A stretch of 64,000 nucleotides of DNA from the human T2T-CHM13v2.0 reference genome, Homo sapiens. Both the position numbers and the translations under genes were made by a program. Shown here piece after piece: positions 34,885 to 47,265 of this stretch (position 1 is its first letter; every line of letters begins with the position of its first letter). The notes beneath the pieces are model-generated. The model saw only the letters and a program-made list of their open reading frames with translations. It was not told where the DNA came from and ran no database searches. The stretch lies in NCBI RefSeq assembly GCF_009914755.1, contig NC_060946.1; one strand, 5' to 3'.

Positions 34885-36344
34885 TTCAGTGCAGTACCAG
34901 GCACTGTTAACACTAGCTGCATGTTCTATGACATGGACACAAAAGGACATGAGTAGACTGAGGCTCAAACAGGTTAAGTTGCTGCCCAAGATTGCACAGT
35001 GGCAGGCACTCAATAACTGAGCGCCCCTTCCTCTGAAATCACATTAGTGTTTTCTGTTGTTCTCTCACTGTCTCAAATGCATGGATCCTGTTTTTCCTAC
35101 CACACTCGGAGCTCTTTAAGGAAAGAACAGTAAAAAAAAAAACAAACAAAAAAACAAAAACAGTAGACTAGTTTTTTTCCCCCTCCCTCCTAACCCAGTC
35201 CACTCAAAAATTACTTATTGAACTGAATCAGTGTATCAATTCTAGAAACAAAATTAATCCTTTCCCTCCTCCTCTGGCTCAAAGACGGCTTTTGGAAACA
35301 CTGTATCACTCCTTTTATTACAAACTCCTCTGCCCTCCTCCAGGCGCCTGGGCCACTCCAGGATTACAAATGGAGCCTTCTGCCTCTAGGTCACTGATTC
35401 TACTACCATCTGTCAGCGTGGATTGATTGAGGAGACTGGCCCTGCTCGGCAGATCAGTGACTTGTGCGAAGTGAGCCAGGGTGTCGGTGCCTTCAGAGCA
35501 GGCGGATGTCCTTCCTCACTTGCCAGCTCTCGTGAGCAGACACACAGCCCTCACCTTTATCCTTCACCAAGCTCCAGCTCTCCTTCCTCTTGGGAGGCGC
35601 CGCCTGCTAACTCAGTCACACCAAGAGGGAGGCCTGGAATTCCTGCTCACAAGCTCGGGGCTTCATCTGCAGTCTGCCAGGAGGCAACTTACAAAAGCCT
35701 CTGGCTAACAGAGCGGGAAACTCCCCACAGCCTCCTGCTGTGCCTGTCCCCAAGCCACGCACTGTCCCCTTGCAAAGCACAAGGATACTGAGAGTGCACA
35801 AACAGCAGGGGTGGAGAGCCTCTGTGGGCACGCCCTCATTCTGTGCCCTCATTCCACAGGAGCCCCTGCTTTGTGCAAGTCTCTGAGCCCGCATGGAGGG
35901 AGCATGGGGGCTCAGAACAGTTCTTTCTGGGGCAAGGTCAGGGGAGGCTCTAAAGTTATGGTGGTGGGGAGGGCCTTAAAACAGAGGACCAGAGAATACC
36001 AAGACTTAGGGGTGTGGGGGAGAGCCACCTGCTGTGCCCAGGAGGACTGTGCCCAGTGCAGGGGAAAAAGATGAAGCTGCGGAGTTGGGCAAGGGTGGGA
36101 TCCTGCAGGGCCTTAGAGCATTGACATGTTTGGCATGGATTTGTTTCACAGGGTCCCACAGAAACTTCTGCTCTCCAGGTTTGCCCCTCCACTCTGCCCT
36201 CCAGGATAGAAGTGTGGCATCCTAATCTGGGATGCATCCATCTCTCCCCCTGGACTGTGAGCATATGCAGGGCAGAGACACCTCTGCTTCTCTTGGGTCT
36301 CCGGCATCCTGTGCAGGGTAGGGCACCATGTCCATTAAAATGAT

Positions 36345-36592
36345 GTTAATGAGGATGATACAGCCCAGAGGAATCCAGGCTTACTATGAACCAGGCACTA
36401 TGCAGATTTCCCTTTATCATCCCAGTTCTTCTTATTTGCAGCAGTCTAATGAGTTTGGTACTGTTATCACCCCTATTTTACAGATGGGGCCACTGAGGTG
36501 CAAAGAGTTTAACTTATCCCAAGTCACACAGTTTGGAAGAGGCTGAGCTGGTATTTGAACCCAGGTTTTCAGAGGCTGCACTCTTAACCACC
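36345..36592 (-). mobile_element. MIR
   Basis: ccctattttacagatggggccactgaggtgcaaagagtttaacttatcccaagtcacacag...tttgaacccagg. Confidence 0.85.
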
Positions 36593-37109
36593 AAGCTTCC
36601 CAGCACTCAGCAAACACTGGAAAGACAGAGATGGACCTAGACAGTCAGTAGGACCAAAAGTCTGCAGGCCGATAGGGAAAGAATGTAAGAGGACGGCATG
36701 GGCAGCGCCAGCCCCTCCAGCAGTCATATATTAAGCCCTGGACACTGGGCAGCTCGGGCAGGTCGGGGGGCCTCAGACTCTCGGACCCCATGCCTGGAAG
36801 ACCACGGTCTGCCCAACAAGCAGCAGCTGCTGTGAATCGACTTACACATCTTCCCCACAGGTGAGCAGAGAGCTAACACCTGAGGATAGGCCAAGAAACG
36901 GGAAGCCCGTGCAACCTGAGCGCACAGATCACCCCCACCTGCCCGGCACTCACTGTCCCCAGTGGCTGGACTCTCATCGGGCCAGTCACTGAGCTGGCGC
37001 CAGCCTGGTCTCACCAGTGTGTGTCTTTAAATCATCCAATTTCTTCAGCTGTAAATTGGGCTGGGAGGGGCCAGGTGAGCTGCCTGCCTCAGGGGAGTCG
37101 GCGCCCTTA

Positions 37110-37950
37110 CCTGAGTGATCCCATTCACTCCTCACAACAAACCCATGAGGCAGGGATTGTCATCTTCATTGTACAGAGCAGGAAATGGGTGCACACAGAG
37201 GTTAAGAGACTTGCCCAGGTCACACAGCTAGGAAGAGGCTGTGATTTGAACTCAGTCTTCTGGCTCCAAAGCCCCCACAGAGTCACTCAGGGCACTACAA
37301 AGAGTTAACCTGAATATGAAATGATCTAAGAGTCGCAGTGACAAAGGCATGCTCTAAGCGCTTTTCCTGCAGTAACTTGCTTAATCCTTACAACAACCCT
37401 ATAAAGTGGGTACTGTTCTCGCCTCATTTTGCAGATGAGGAAACTGAGGCACAGAGCAGCTCGGAGGGGGCAGAGCTGAATCTGACAGGCTACAGGGCCC
37501 CTGCGTTGCTTTGTTATAAGATGACAATAAGGAAGTTCCTTTCCTTTGGGATTATTTCTGCCTGAAAGCTCAAGACTTTTAGCCACATCATTGTCTGGGC
37601 TCCACGGGAAGGCAGTGCCACATGCTGAGGCATGCTGGGAAAAGACTTTGTTCCATCCTGTTTTGTTGACATGCTCTTCATTTTTAAGCCTGAAACCGAA
37701 GCTTCCTGCTAAGAATTCAAACCATGGAGAAAAACGCAGCCATGATAACGGCCACTACTTCCTGAGCCTCCAGTGTTCCCTGTGCTTGGGGATCCATATA
37801 TGTCACTTAACCTTAACCTTCACAACACCAGGGCAGCCTCCATTTTCACAAGTGAAGAAATGGAGGCCCAGAGTCACTTAGAAGATGCTCGAAGGTGCAC
37901 AGCTGCTAAGTGGTGGTGCTGGGATTTGTCCTCAGGTCCTCAAGAGTCCT
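37110..37950 (-). mobile_element. Three MIR fragments (~37110-37270, 37350-37500, 37755-37950)
   Basis: gaggttaagagacttgcccaggtcacacagc; cattttgcagatgaggaaactgaggcacagag; cattttcacaagtgaagaaatggaggcccagag. Confidence 0.8.
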
Positions 37951-38739
37951 GACTCTTATGTGCTGGCTCCCCACGGAGGCGTGGAGTCTTGTTTGCTGGG
38001 CATTTGACAGAAATGTTTCTGCTCATCTTCTGCCACAGGTTGGTCCTTCAGCGTCAAGATTCCTGGGCCACTTATTAATAGAAGGCACCAGGACACAGGT
38101 GCAGGGATGCAGAGCTGGATGCTGCCTTCTCAATAGGAGAAGCCAAGAAACGCAGATGCCGATGCTTAATCAACTCCGTCTCTCCCTCTAGTGACTCGGG
38201 GATAGCTGCCCTGATGCCAAGGCGATTGTCTTCTGGAAGCAGCCACGCCGTGTGAGGTTCCTCATCACTGCCCTGCATCTCCCTGCGAGCTCTCGGGGAT
38301 AATTGCAAAATCACGTTTGATTCCAGGGGAGCAGAAAGCAGCAGGAGCCGTGAATTCTCCAACTCTTAACTGGTCCTCGACTGGAGCCACTTTTCCCTGC
38401 CCACCCATCCCTGTGGCGGATTCATTACAGTTATCCAAAGCCGGTTTTAACTTTGCTCCCCCTGGCTCAGAAGTCTGTCAGTGGGTCCTGAGCGGCTTCA
38501 CCATTCAAGTTTATTCCTATCAGCCTGGAATACAATGCTCTATCTGGCTCCGCTTGCTTCTCCAAACCTTCTCTCCCAGGTCTCATTCTGCCTCTCTGTC
38601 TAACTAGACAAGTTGGCTTCCTGTCCTGTGCCTGTCTGCTCCCTGCAGCAGGAATGCCGTTCCCTCTTCCCTACAGATTGAAATTATATCCTCTTTCAAG
38701 TCTTACTCAAATGCCACCTCCTCCACAAACTCTTAACAC

Positions 38740-39260
38740 TTATTCATTCATTCAACAAACATTGACTGAGCCCTTATGACAAGCATTGATCCCAAGGGTC
38801 CCTGTGGTCATGAAGTTTATGGTGCCATGGAGCTGTTAGAAAAAGAATCATCACATAAATAATCATCTGATAACAGCCATGATACAAATTAGTAAGAAAG
38901 TGTGGCAGGAGCACAGCAGATGTACAATAGGGACCCTGAGCCTTGGGGATCTAGGACATTTGAGCTGAGGCCTGAAAGACAAGTAGGAAGTAACCACATG
39001 GTGAAGTTGGAGGAGAGCTCCAGGCAGAGGGCACGGCATGGGCAAAGGCCCTGCGGTAGGAGGGAACAAGTAGATTTCCAGGAAGGGCACAGGGGCCTGC
39101 AGGGTAATGTAAGTGAAATGAGAAAGCTGGAGATGCAGCTGGAGCAGGACAGTACAGGCCACAGAGGCTTTGCGACTTTATCCCTGGGCAAAAAGAGGAG
39201 ATGATGAAGGATTCTGAGCACAGGACACAAGCCAGTATGTATTTAGACGCGATCCTGCCC
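38740..39260 (-). mobile_element. L2 3' fragment
   Basis: attcattcattcaacaaacattgactgagc, gacatttgagctgaggcctgaa, ccaggcagagggcacggcatgggcaaaggccctg. Confidence 0.8.
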
Positions 39261-40204
39261 TGTGGCTGAGCCTCTTCTGAGAAGTGCAGGCCCTGTGTCA
39301 CGTCACCCTGAACCTCAGTCATCAGGGTTTTGGATGTGAGTTTCCATATCCCTCTTCCTAGGCCAAGCTCTCAAAGGCAAGGCTGACCTCTGGTCTTCAG
39401 CTTCATCCTCATCAGCCAGGCCAGTGCCCAGCACAAGGAGCTGCTCCAAAAACATACGTGGGTTGAACCAGTGACCAGGACAAGACGCTTATCAGCATTT
39501 CCCTGCGAAGGAGCAGGGCTGCCTGTAAAGCCTTCCACATTCTCTAGAAATTACAAAGTTCAAGGGTTTTAGTGAGGCCACGACTCAGGGAGCCCTTGAG
39601 AGCCAAGCTGGCATCCCACTGCTGTGCACACCCAGCCTGGGCACACAGTATGACCCTGCCCAGGCATCTGCCTGCGGCCGTCTGGTGAATGACCAGAAAC
39701 AGAACCGAAAGCTCTGTAAAGTGCTCTCAAGGTTACAAAGCATGTTTCACAGGAGCAGTTTCATCTCACACGGGCAGCCCTCTGAGCTGGGTAGTTACTG
39801 CTTTACAGATGAGGAAACTGAGGCCCGGGAGAGGGCGGGACCTCAGCAAATCAAGAAAAAACTGAGACTAGGACCTAACGGAAGTCCAGGCTATGAATGG
39901 CCCCCGTAGGGTTAAAAGAGCTTTCTAGAAATTTCTTTGAAAACTATTGTAAAGTGACATATTTCCTCAGGATGTCTGTCACGCCAGCAGTGGGAGCCAA
40001 CACACCAACTCTCAGAGGCTGTTCCCCCTGCGCGGCAGATCCAGACGCTCAGCTCCCAGGCCTGGAGGCTGGCGGCTTAGCCCAGGGCACAGGAGGAGGC
40101 TGCCTGGGTTTGGCGCTGACTTACAGCAGGTGCTGAGGGAATGCTGAGGAGAGGCAAGGCTGATTCAAGAGGCCGACAACAGAGAACATTCCTAGAGCTC
40201 TCCC

Positions 40205-40380
40205 GCCAGCTAGGCATGGTGCTAAGTGCATTACCTGCGTCCACTCGTAACATCCTCACAACACTGTGAATACGATGACCATCCCCATGTACAGGCGTGG
40301 ACGCTAAGGCTCAGAGCAATAAATAATTAGCCTGAGATCACACGGCAGGTGAGTGCAGAGGCCGGATCTGAACCCACACA
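40205..40380 (-). mobile_element. MIR
   Basis: ggcatggtgctaagtgc...atcctcacaacactgtg...ctaaggctcagag...atctgaaccc. Confidence 0.75.
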
Positions 40381-40718
40381 TTGCCCTTAAGCAACCCCAT
40401 GTCCTGAGCAAAGGTGAGCAGAAACATCTTGGGAAGAGGGAACCACGACTGTATCTTCCTCAGCAGACATGATGGTGCAGGGTACCCCTTCCCCTGCCCA
40501 CCTGACGACCATTATTCCCATTATCAGTATATCCCTCTGTGGGCAAATGATGACAGACATGCATGGTAACCACTTCTTCACAAGTTTTGTGTCTCCCCAG
40601 CCTCCTCCCCTAGGGCTCTCTAGGCTTCCTTTACCCGTCCTGCCTCAGATGGACTCCCAGCATCATCATCTGCCTCTGTGCCTTCTTGGTAGTAGGTGGG
40701 TGTGAAAAAGAAAGGAAG

Positions 40719-40988
<270 letters not shown>

Positions 40989-42269
40989 AGGAAGGACAGA
41001 GGGCAATGTGACCTTCGGCAAGCTCCCTAAGCTCCTGAAGCCTCAGCCTTTTCACCCGTAGAACAGGGACATTAACATCACCCCCGAGTGAGGGCTGCAG
41101 GCACACAGTGACTGCGCTTCTCAGTGCCACAAGTGCTGTTGCCATCATTCCAGCCTCAGGTGCTCCGTGAGGTGGGACGATTCACCCCATGAGCAAACAG
41201 GCTCAGGGAGGTGTGGTGCCTACAGTCACCCAGCAGACACAGCGGAGCAAGGAGGAAGCCACACCTGTTGGATCCCAAAGCTTCTGCTGAGGGGAGGAGG
41301 GAGAGTGAATGAGCCACTGGGGGCCTCCGTGGCAATCGGGCTCACAAAGCCATGTGTGGGCTGGATGTGGCTCCCCAGCCCCGTAGACACCACCCCAGGT
41401 GCTCCTCACAGGTGATGGGGTGTGTTGTCTATGGGGCTCTTGTGCCCTCTGGGGGCCTCTGGGGAGCTGCTACTGGGCTGGGCCCTCTCGGTCCCTGAGC
41501 CTAGACCAGGTGAGTTACTAGCAGGGACAGGAGGAGAAATGGGAAAGCTAGGCAAGAGGTCACTCATCTGTGGGCTGAGTGCAGAATGGGAGGGAAGAAA
41601 GCATCCTTTCTGGAAAAATCAATGGGCAGATGATACCGCCCAAGTCACTACCTACATGGAAACCTTCCAAGAAAACCAAAGCAACAAGAGAATCACAGCC
41701 CCTTAGAGCAGTGGCGGGCCTGAGAGGTGAACAGACCCAAGTCCGCCTCACACAGCTAGGGAAATCGAAGTCCAGGATGGTGGTCACAACTCGCTCAAGG
41801 CCCCACGGTGTGTAGGTGACTCCGCCACGTATGAGGGGCGTCCAGCCCCAGGCAGCTCATTTACAGTGGTGGGTGGGCCTTTGTGGTCTCCATGCCTCAC
41901 ACTCCAGCCATCCACTTCCCTCTGTTCTTGCCTTTGCTAAGCAAGGGGACTGGTTTAGCTTCACCCAGAAACTACCAAATCTCTGGGGCTTTTCCCTGCA
42001 CACTTTTAGTTTCTAGGCTGCCCTGGCCCCTGCTCTGCCCCTACATGTGGCTCAGGGTGGGGAGAGACTATTAAGCTAATACATAGTTAGGCAACTAGAA
42101 CACAGCCTGCAAATCTCGCAGTCAGTGCTCCTCAGTCTTGGCTATTATTACCAGACACGATGACCATCTCCATTTTACAACTAGGGAAACTGAGGCTCAG
42201 ATGGATTGAGTGATTAGACCCCAGACACTAGGTGCTAGAGCCTTTGCTCTCTGGAGTTATCTTTTTTTA

Positions 42270-42480
42270 AGCTAACAATTATTCAGTGCCCCCTGGGAGC
42301 CAGGCTCTGGCTGACTGCTTTGTGAGAATGATCTCATGTAATCCTCACCTCAGCCCTGTGATGTAGGTATTATTATTACCCAAGAACACAAAGACTCACA
42401 GAGGGCAGGTAACTTCCTTGAAGCCACACAGCTAGGAAATGGGAGAGCCAGGATTGAACCCAGGCAGTCTGGCCTCAGGA
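42270..42480 (-). mobile_element. MIR
   Basis: aatcctcacctcagccctgtgatgtaggtattattatt...ccaggattgaacccaggcagtctgg. Confidence 0.8.
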
Positions 42481-44862
42481 CGTTGGCCACCCCTCTGTGC
42501 TGCCATCTCCGTTGGGGATAGGTCTGGGGGACTAGCCACCCCAGTCTCCCACAGGAGCCTCCAGTCATCTCGGGGTCCCAGGCTGGAGGAGCTGCTCCTG
42601 AACCCTTCACCCCTTGATCGGCATCCAAACTGCTTCCCGCCAATTTGGTTCCAGCTCAGAATGTGGCCTGGGCTGGTCCTGAGACTCCAAATTAAAAGAA
42701 GACCCAAGCTGGTCTTTAAATTCAAATCTGAGGCCATCTGGGAATCCCAGCACAAGGCAGCCTGAGAGAGGCTGGCTTGGGAGCAGCTAGAACAAGCCAG
42801 CTTTGCAAGATCCTGAAAACGGGTCCAAAGAAGGCGAGTTTGCAATGACTGCGGTGTCCATGTGGCACCGCCCAGTCTGTCATCAGGTCAGGTTCTCCCT
42901 TCCTCCACAAGTGGCTCCCCCAGCCAGTGAAACAAGGGCCCCACTTCCACTGTCGCCGCCTCTCCCCACTCTTCCCTTCCAACGGCTTCAGCCACAGAGT
43001 GCAACCCGCCTCTTACACCTTGGATGCGCTGTTCTTGCACTTCCCTCTGATGGTACACCCTCTCCTGCCTTAGCACGGCAAACTCCTACTCACTCTTCAA
43101 GGCCTTCAAATGCCACCTCCTCTGTGAAGCCTCTCTTGATTTCCCTGTCAGACCTCACAGGGGTACTCAGGGAAAAGATTTCTGTGGGGAAAAAACCCCT
43201 TGGGGTGAGTTTGCCCAAAGGAAGTGAGCCCATCACACCGTCTAGGACATGGGGAGAGGGCAGCTGTTCCATCCTGGTGGTCCCACTTCCTGGGGGGTCT
43301 GAGTCTGGGTGTGTTCCTCTGAGCTCTAGGAACAGGGCTCCTCTATGCCCAGCTCTGGGCAGGTGCCAGGAGTGCAGAGGGGAGGCCTTAAGTGTCCCTG
43401 TAACCAAGGATGGTCACCCAGGCTCTGCACCCAAAGGCCTAACAGGGAGACAGACCCACGTCTGTGTGGTCAGGACTGTGAGAGGGCAAAGAAGGTGGGC
43501 CAGGCACAGGACCCAAGTCCACCTGAGAGAAGGACAGGGAAGGCTTCCTGGAGGAAGTGAATTGAGACCAGAAGACTTGACCAGAAAAGAGGAGGTGGTG
43601 ACGTCAGGTTAGGGACCAGCTCCAGGGGAAGGGAGACTGGAAGGAGAGCCACAGCCTTCCCCTGACCTTCTGCCTGTAGATGGTTCCTGCCCTGGCTTCT
43701 CAGCTTAGAACTCACAGTCTCTGCTAGGGCCTGAGCTACGGCCTGGCCCTGGTAAAACTCACTCCACCATGCCCTCTCTGGAGGCCTGCTGTAAACACAC
43801 TGACCACCTGCGCCCATGTCACTGCACCTGCCTGAGCCCTGTGGCAGCCCAGAGACTTGTACCATGGCCGCTTCCTGGCCCAGGGCAGGCTCAAGCTCCC
43901 TTGCCCTCATGGGCCCGTCAGAGGAGTCAAGGTCCAGGAGGCTGTGCTAACAGCCCCTGGCTGCAGAGCTGTTTGCCAACCTCCAGGCCAGCCAGGCCAG
44001 CACTGTAGCCGGGGGAGCGCCCAGCCCTGGCCTTCGTTCTGCAAAGCCCCATCCCAGCCTCGGTCCCAGGTTCTCGGTCTCTGGTCACGCTTGGGAAGCA
44101 GCTGCGGGCAGAAGTAGCCTTCAGAGACCTCAGGCTGCCCAGGCTAAGAGAATGATGGAACGGTGACCCTGGCTGGGGGCAGAGACCTGGGAGGGAGGCC
44201 GGAGAGCTGGGACAGCGCCTGGGGGTTGGGAGAGCTGCCCAGGCCTCCTCCGGGGTGAGCTGAGGAGGGGCTGCCATGCCTGGGAGGAGGGGGCCGGCTC
44301 CTCCTGCCTCGCCGGCCTGTCTGTCTCCAGCTCTTCACTGTAAAATAAATGCAAGAAGCACACGCCAGATAGAAAAAAAGGGAGGGCCAAATAAAGCCCC
44401 ACGCCGCCCAGCACGGGCTCCCTCCGTGGGTCTGGGCCAGGGCCTCGGCCTGGGTTACTTGCTGCTCCTTTTCCCGGGAAACCACTGGTGCCAAATTTGC
44501 ATTTACCACAAACAGAGACAACACAATGTCATAATCCTTCTCCTGTCATTCTCCGCTCTCTTCCTCCTCCCACCTCAGACACACACACGCTAACACAAAA
44601 TGACGGCTCCCTCGACAGCCTGAATGAGCAAAGCCCTCGATCTGCCTCTTCATTGTTGGCGTTTCTCTCGGCCCTCGCTCCGTGCCCATCGCCCAACTCG
44701 CAGCAGACCACCCACTGCCCCTCCTTTGTCCCGCATCACCACTGACAAATGGCCTGCTGGAGGTGGAAGAACATGCCTGGAAATAGTGGAGGGGGGGAGA
44801 GGGAGCAGCCAGCCCCAACCCCCCGCCGCTCTGCACCCTCACACCCGGGCTGGCTGCGCACG

Positions 44863-44926
44863 GCGGCTGGATCTGGACCGGAGGGGACGGGGGCGCGGCT
44901 GGATCTGGACCGGAGGGGACGGGGGC
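44863..44926 (+). repeat. Perfect 2 x 32-bp tandem duplication
   Basis: GCGGCTGGATCTGGACCGGAGGGGACGGGGGC at 44863-44894 and 44895-44926. Confidence 0.95.
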
Positions 44927-45322
44927 GGGCACTCGGCCCCTGGGACTGTGACCCGGGGCCCTGCCCTTCACGCCCCTGCTGCTGCCGCGCTCCCCGAGCA
45001 GCCCCCTCGGGCCCCTCCTCTCCCGGCCACCCTCCTGGGCACTGCTCTGAACATCCCCCGCCTCCCCGCCCTCCATCGCTCTTTATGGCAGTTTCAAAGC
45101 TACAGCCGCCACTCGAGCAGCTGCGGCCTTTGATGGGGACAAGGCAGTAAAGGCCGCCCGGGAGGCCCCTGCCCAGCCCTGCCCTGGCCCGGCGCGGCCC
45201 CTGCCCGCCCCCGGGGAGCCTCGGGCCAGGGCAGCGCGGCGCGGCGGAGCACCCGGCGGGCACGCCTCGCACGCCAGAGCAAACTTTCACGACCGCGGGA
45301 GAGGCACCGCGCACACCGTTAC

Positions 45323-45424
45323 CTTTGCAGCCGCATCCTTCCCTGGCCCTTGCCCCAGACCCCTTGCCAGCCCGGCGACCACGGGGGAGGAAAACAACTC
45401 CTGAGCCGAGGCGGGGGAGGAGGG
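45323..45424 (-). other. TCF20: Alternative non-coding 5' exon of TCF20 (upstream promoter)
   Basis: Consensus donor GCAAAG|GTAACG at 45323/45322 inside the CpG island; pyrimidine-rich leader on the minus strand; spacing fits the recalled upstream TCF20 TSS. 5' end approximate. Confidence 0.65.
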
Positions 45425-47103
45425 GAAAGGGAAAAAAGGAGAAGGAAAAGGAAAGGGGGGCAGTTTCTCGGCTCTCAGCCTCCTCGCGGCTCCTCCTGCC
45501 CAAGCCGGCAAGTGAAGTCACAGGGCCGGGGCGGTGACATCAGCTGAGCCTCTGACATCACGGCCCCTGCCGATCTCACCTCTGCAGGGTGGAGATGGAG
45601 GAGCAGCGGGGAGGAGGGATGGATGGATGGAGGAGGGAGGGGAGCACCCGATCCCCCCTCGCCTTCAACTGCGGAGAGCGCGTGCCAGCGTGGAGGGGGG
45701 CAGGGGAGGGGCGGGCTCATCTGAAGAGTATGTCTTATCTCTATAGATAGGGGCGATTATGTGTCTATTTATAATTGGCCCCAGAGTAAATGGCTTAAAA
45801 GGGGCCAACGCCCACCACAGGTGAGAATCGCAGCTCACTGCTGTGCTTGGAGACTGTGGGGTAAAGGCAAGTGTGACCGTTCATAGAGCACCTACTGTGT
45901 GCTGGGGATTTGCACCCAGCACCTTAGGTGGTCGTCACGAGGACCAGAGAGGGCTGCATTTTACCTGGCAAGGCTCAGAAAGGGAAGGGCATCTCTGAGG
46001 CTGCAGAGCAGGAAGGTGAGCTGGGATGTGAGGCCAGCAAAGTGGCCCAGAGCCTGAAGGGCTAGCTGGGCAGCTCCAGGGCTAAAGCCTTCATGGGCCA
46101 CTGGAGTGAGCCCTGGCTGCCCCCTACAAAGGTGGGCTTGGAAAGGGCAGGGCATGGCAGTCCCGACCACCTTTTGTCCCAAGTCCCATCTCAGGGAGGC
46201 CACAGCAAGAGGAGGCCTGGCCTGGGGTCCTGGCTCTGTTTCTCTGTGTACAACAGCAGCGTCCGTTCCGAGGGGCTGAGCACCTACTACCTGCAAGCCC
46301 AGCACAGGCGCTTCACACCCCCTTCCTACCCCATGGCAATGCCTGAGAGGTAAGCACCAACGCCCCGTGTCAAGATGGGGAAACCAAGGCCCAGGAAGCA
46401 TTGGGACACAACAGAGACCCAAGTGTCCAGTGCCTGGACTCTGGGCCGTGGCCAGATCCTTGACCTGAGCCGCCTACTCCGTAGCTGTTCAAGCCATCCT
46501 TGGCCTGGTGGGGACTTCCCTGTCCAGTGTTCCAGCCTCTGCCCTCCAGTGAGAGGCCATGCACTTCACTCGGCCATGCTCGCTTCAGCCTGAGGCCCCT
46601 GGCCCAGGGCCCCTCCAGGCCCTGCTCTGCCTACTCCACGGCAGGGCCCTTCCCCTCTTCCCTGGTGCCACGGGGCAGCTGGGCTGCTGACCACTGGCTG
46701 CCCCAAACTTGGCACACGCCTGCCACTGAGCTTCTGTGCCTGGCACCTGGTGAGGGCCTACTAAGCGCCAGGTCCTGGTTATCTCATTTCATCCTTCCCA
46801 TATCTAGGATGTCAGGGTTACAGGCAAGGACACAAGGCAGCTCCCACCGACTATAAAGTACTTCCATTCCTCCTGGCCCTTCCCTAATCCTGGAGCTAGT
46901 ATTCCCGCCTCGGTCCTTGGGACCCCCTCCGAGCAGCGCACCAGTCCCTGCCCCTACCAAGGGCTGCGTCTGCATTTAGGACCTAACATGGTACAGAATC
47001 CACAGGAGGCATTCCGCAGCCCTTCTAGATAAACTACTACTCAAAGACTGCAACTGGAAATGCCAGTGAAGAAACCTAGAACAAACGCCTTCATTCTGTG
47101 CTC

Positions 47104-47265
47104 TTTGGTTTTTATTTTTATTTTATTTTATTATTATTTTATTTTTTTTGTAGGGATAGGGTCTCACTATGTTGCCTAAGCTGGTCTCGAACTCATGGGC
47201 TCAAGTGATCCTCCCACCTCAGCCATCCAAAGTGCTAGGATTAAAGGTGTGAGCCACCGCACCCA
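47104..47265 (-). mobile_element. FLAM/AluJ monomer with (TTTTA)n tail
   Basis: gggtctcactatgttgcc...gagccaccgcaccc. Confidence 0.88.

Larger units (their letters stand above)
44600..45720. promoter_or_regulatory. Second CpG island / alternative upstream promoter
   Basis: High CpG density, GC boxes, TGACATCA x2 (~45536-45560), GATA and MEF2 (CTATTTATAA 45765-45774) motifs at its edge. Confidence 0.88.

Noticed and set aside
42283-42302. CTCF-like TGGCTCCCAGGGGGCACTG (minus strand); a similar motif lies near 61995-62010
   Set aside because: Mismatch in the core CC and located in or near MIR-like sequence; cannot be supported without ChIP data.
42803-43612. 269-aa ORF
   Set aside because: Non-ATG start, crosses L2-like fragments, no domain signal.
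44546-45521. ORFs of 133-261 aa in the second CpG island, with a repeated LDLDRRGRGR
   Set aside because: GC-rich artefact; the peptide repeat reflects the 32-bp duplication, which is not a multiple of three.
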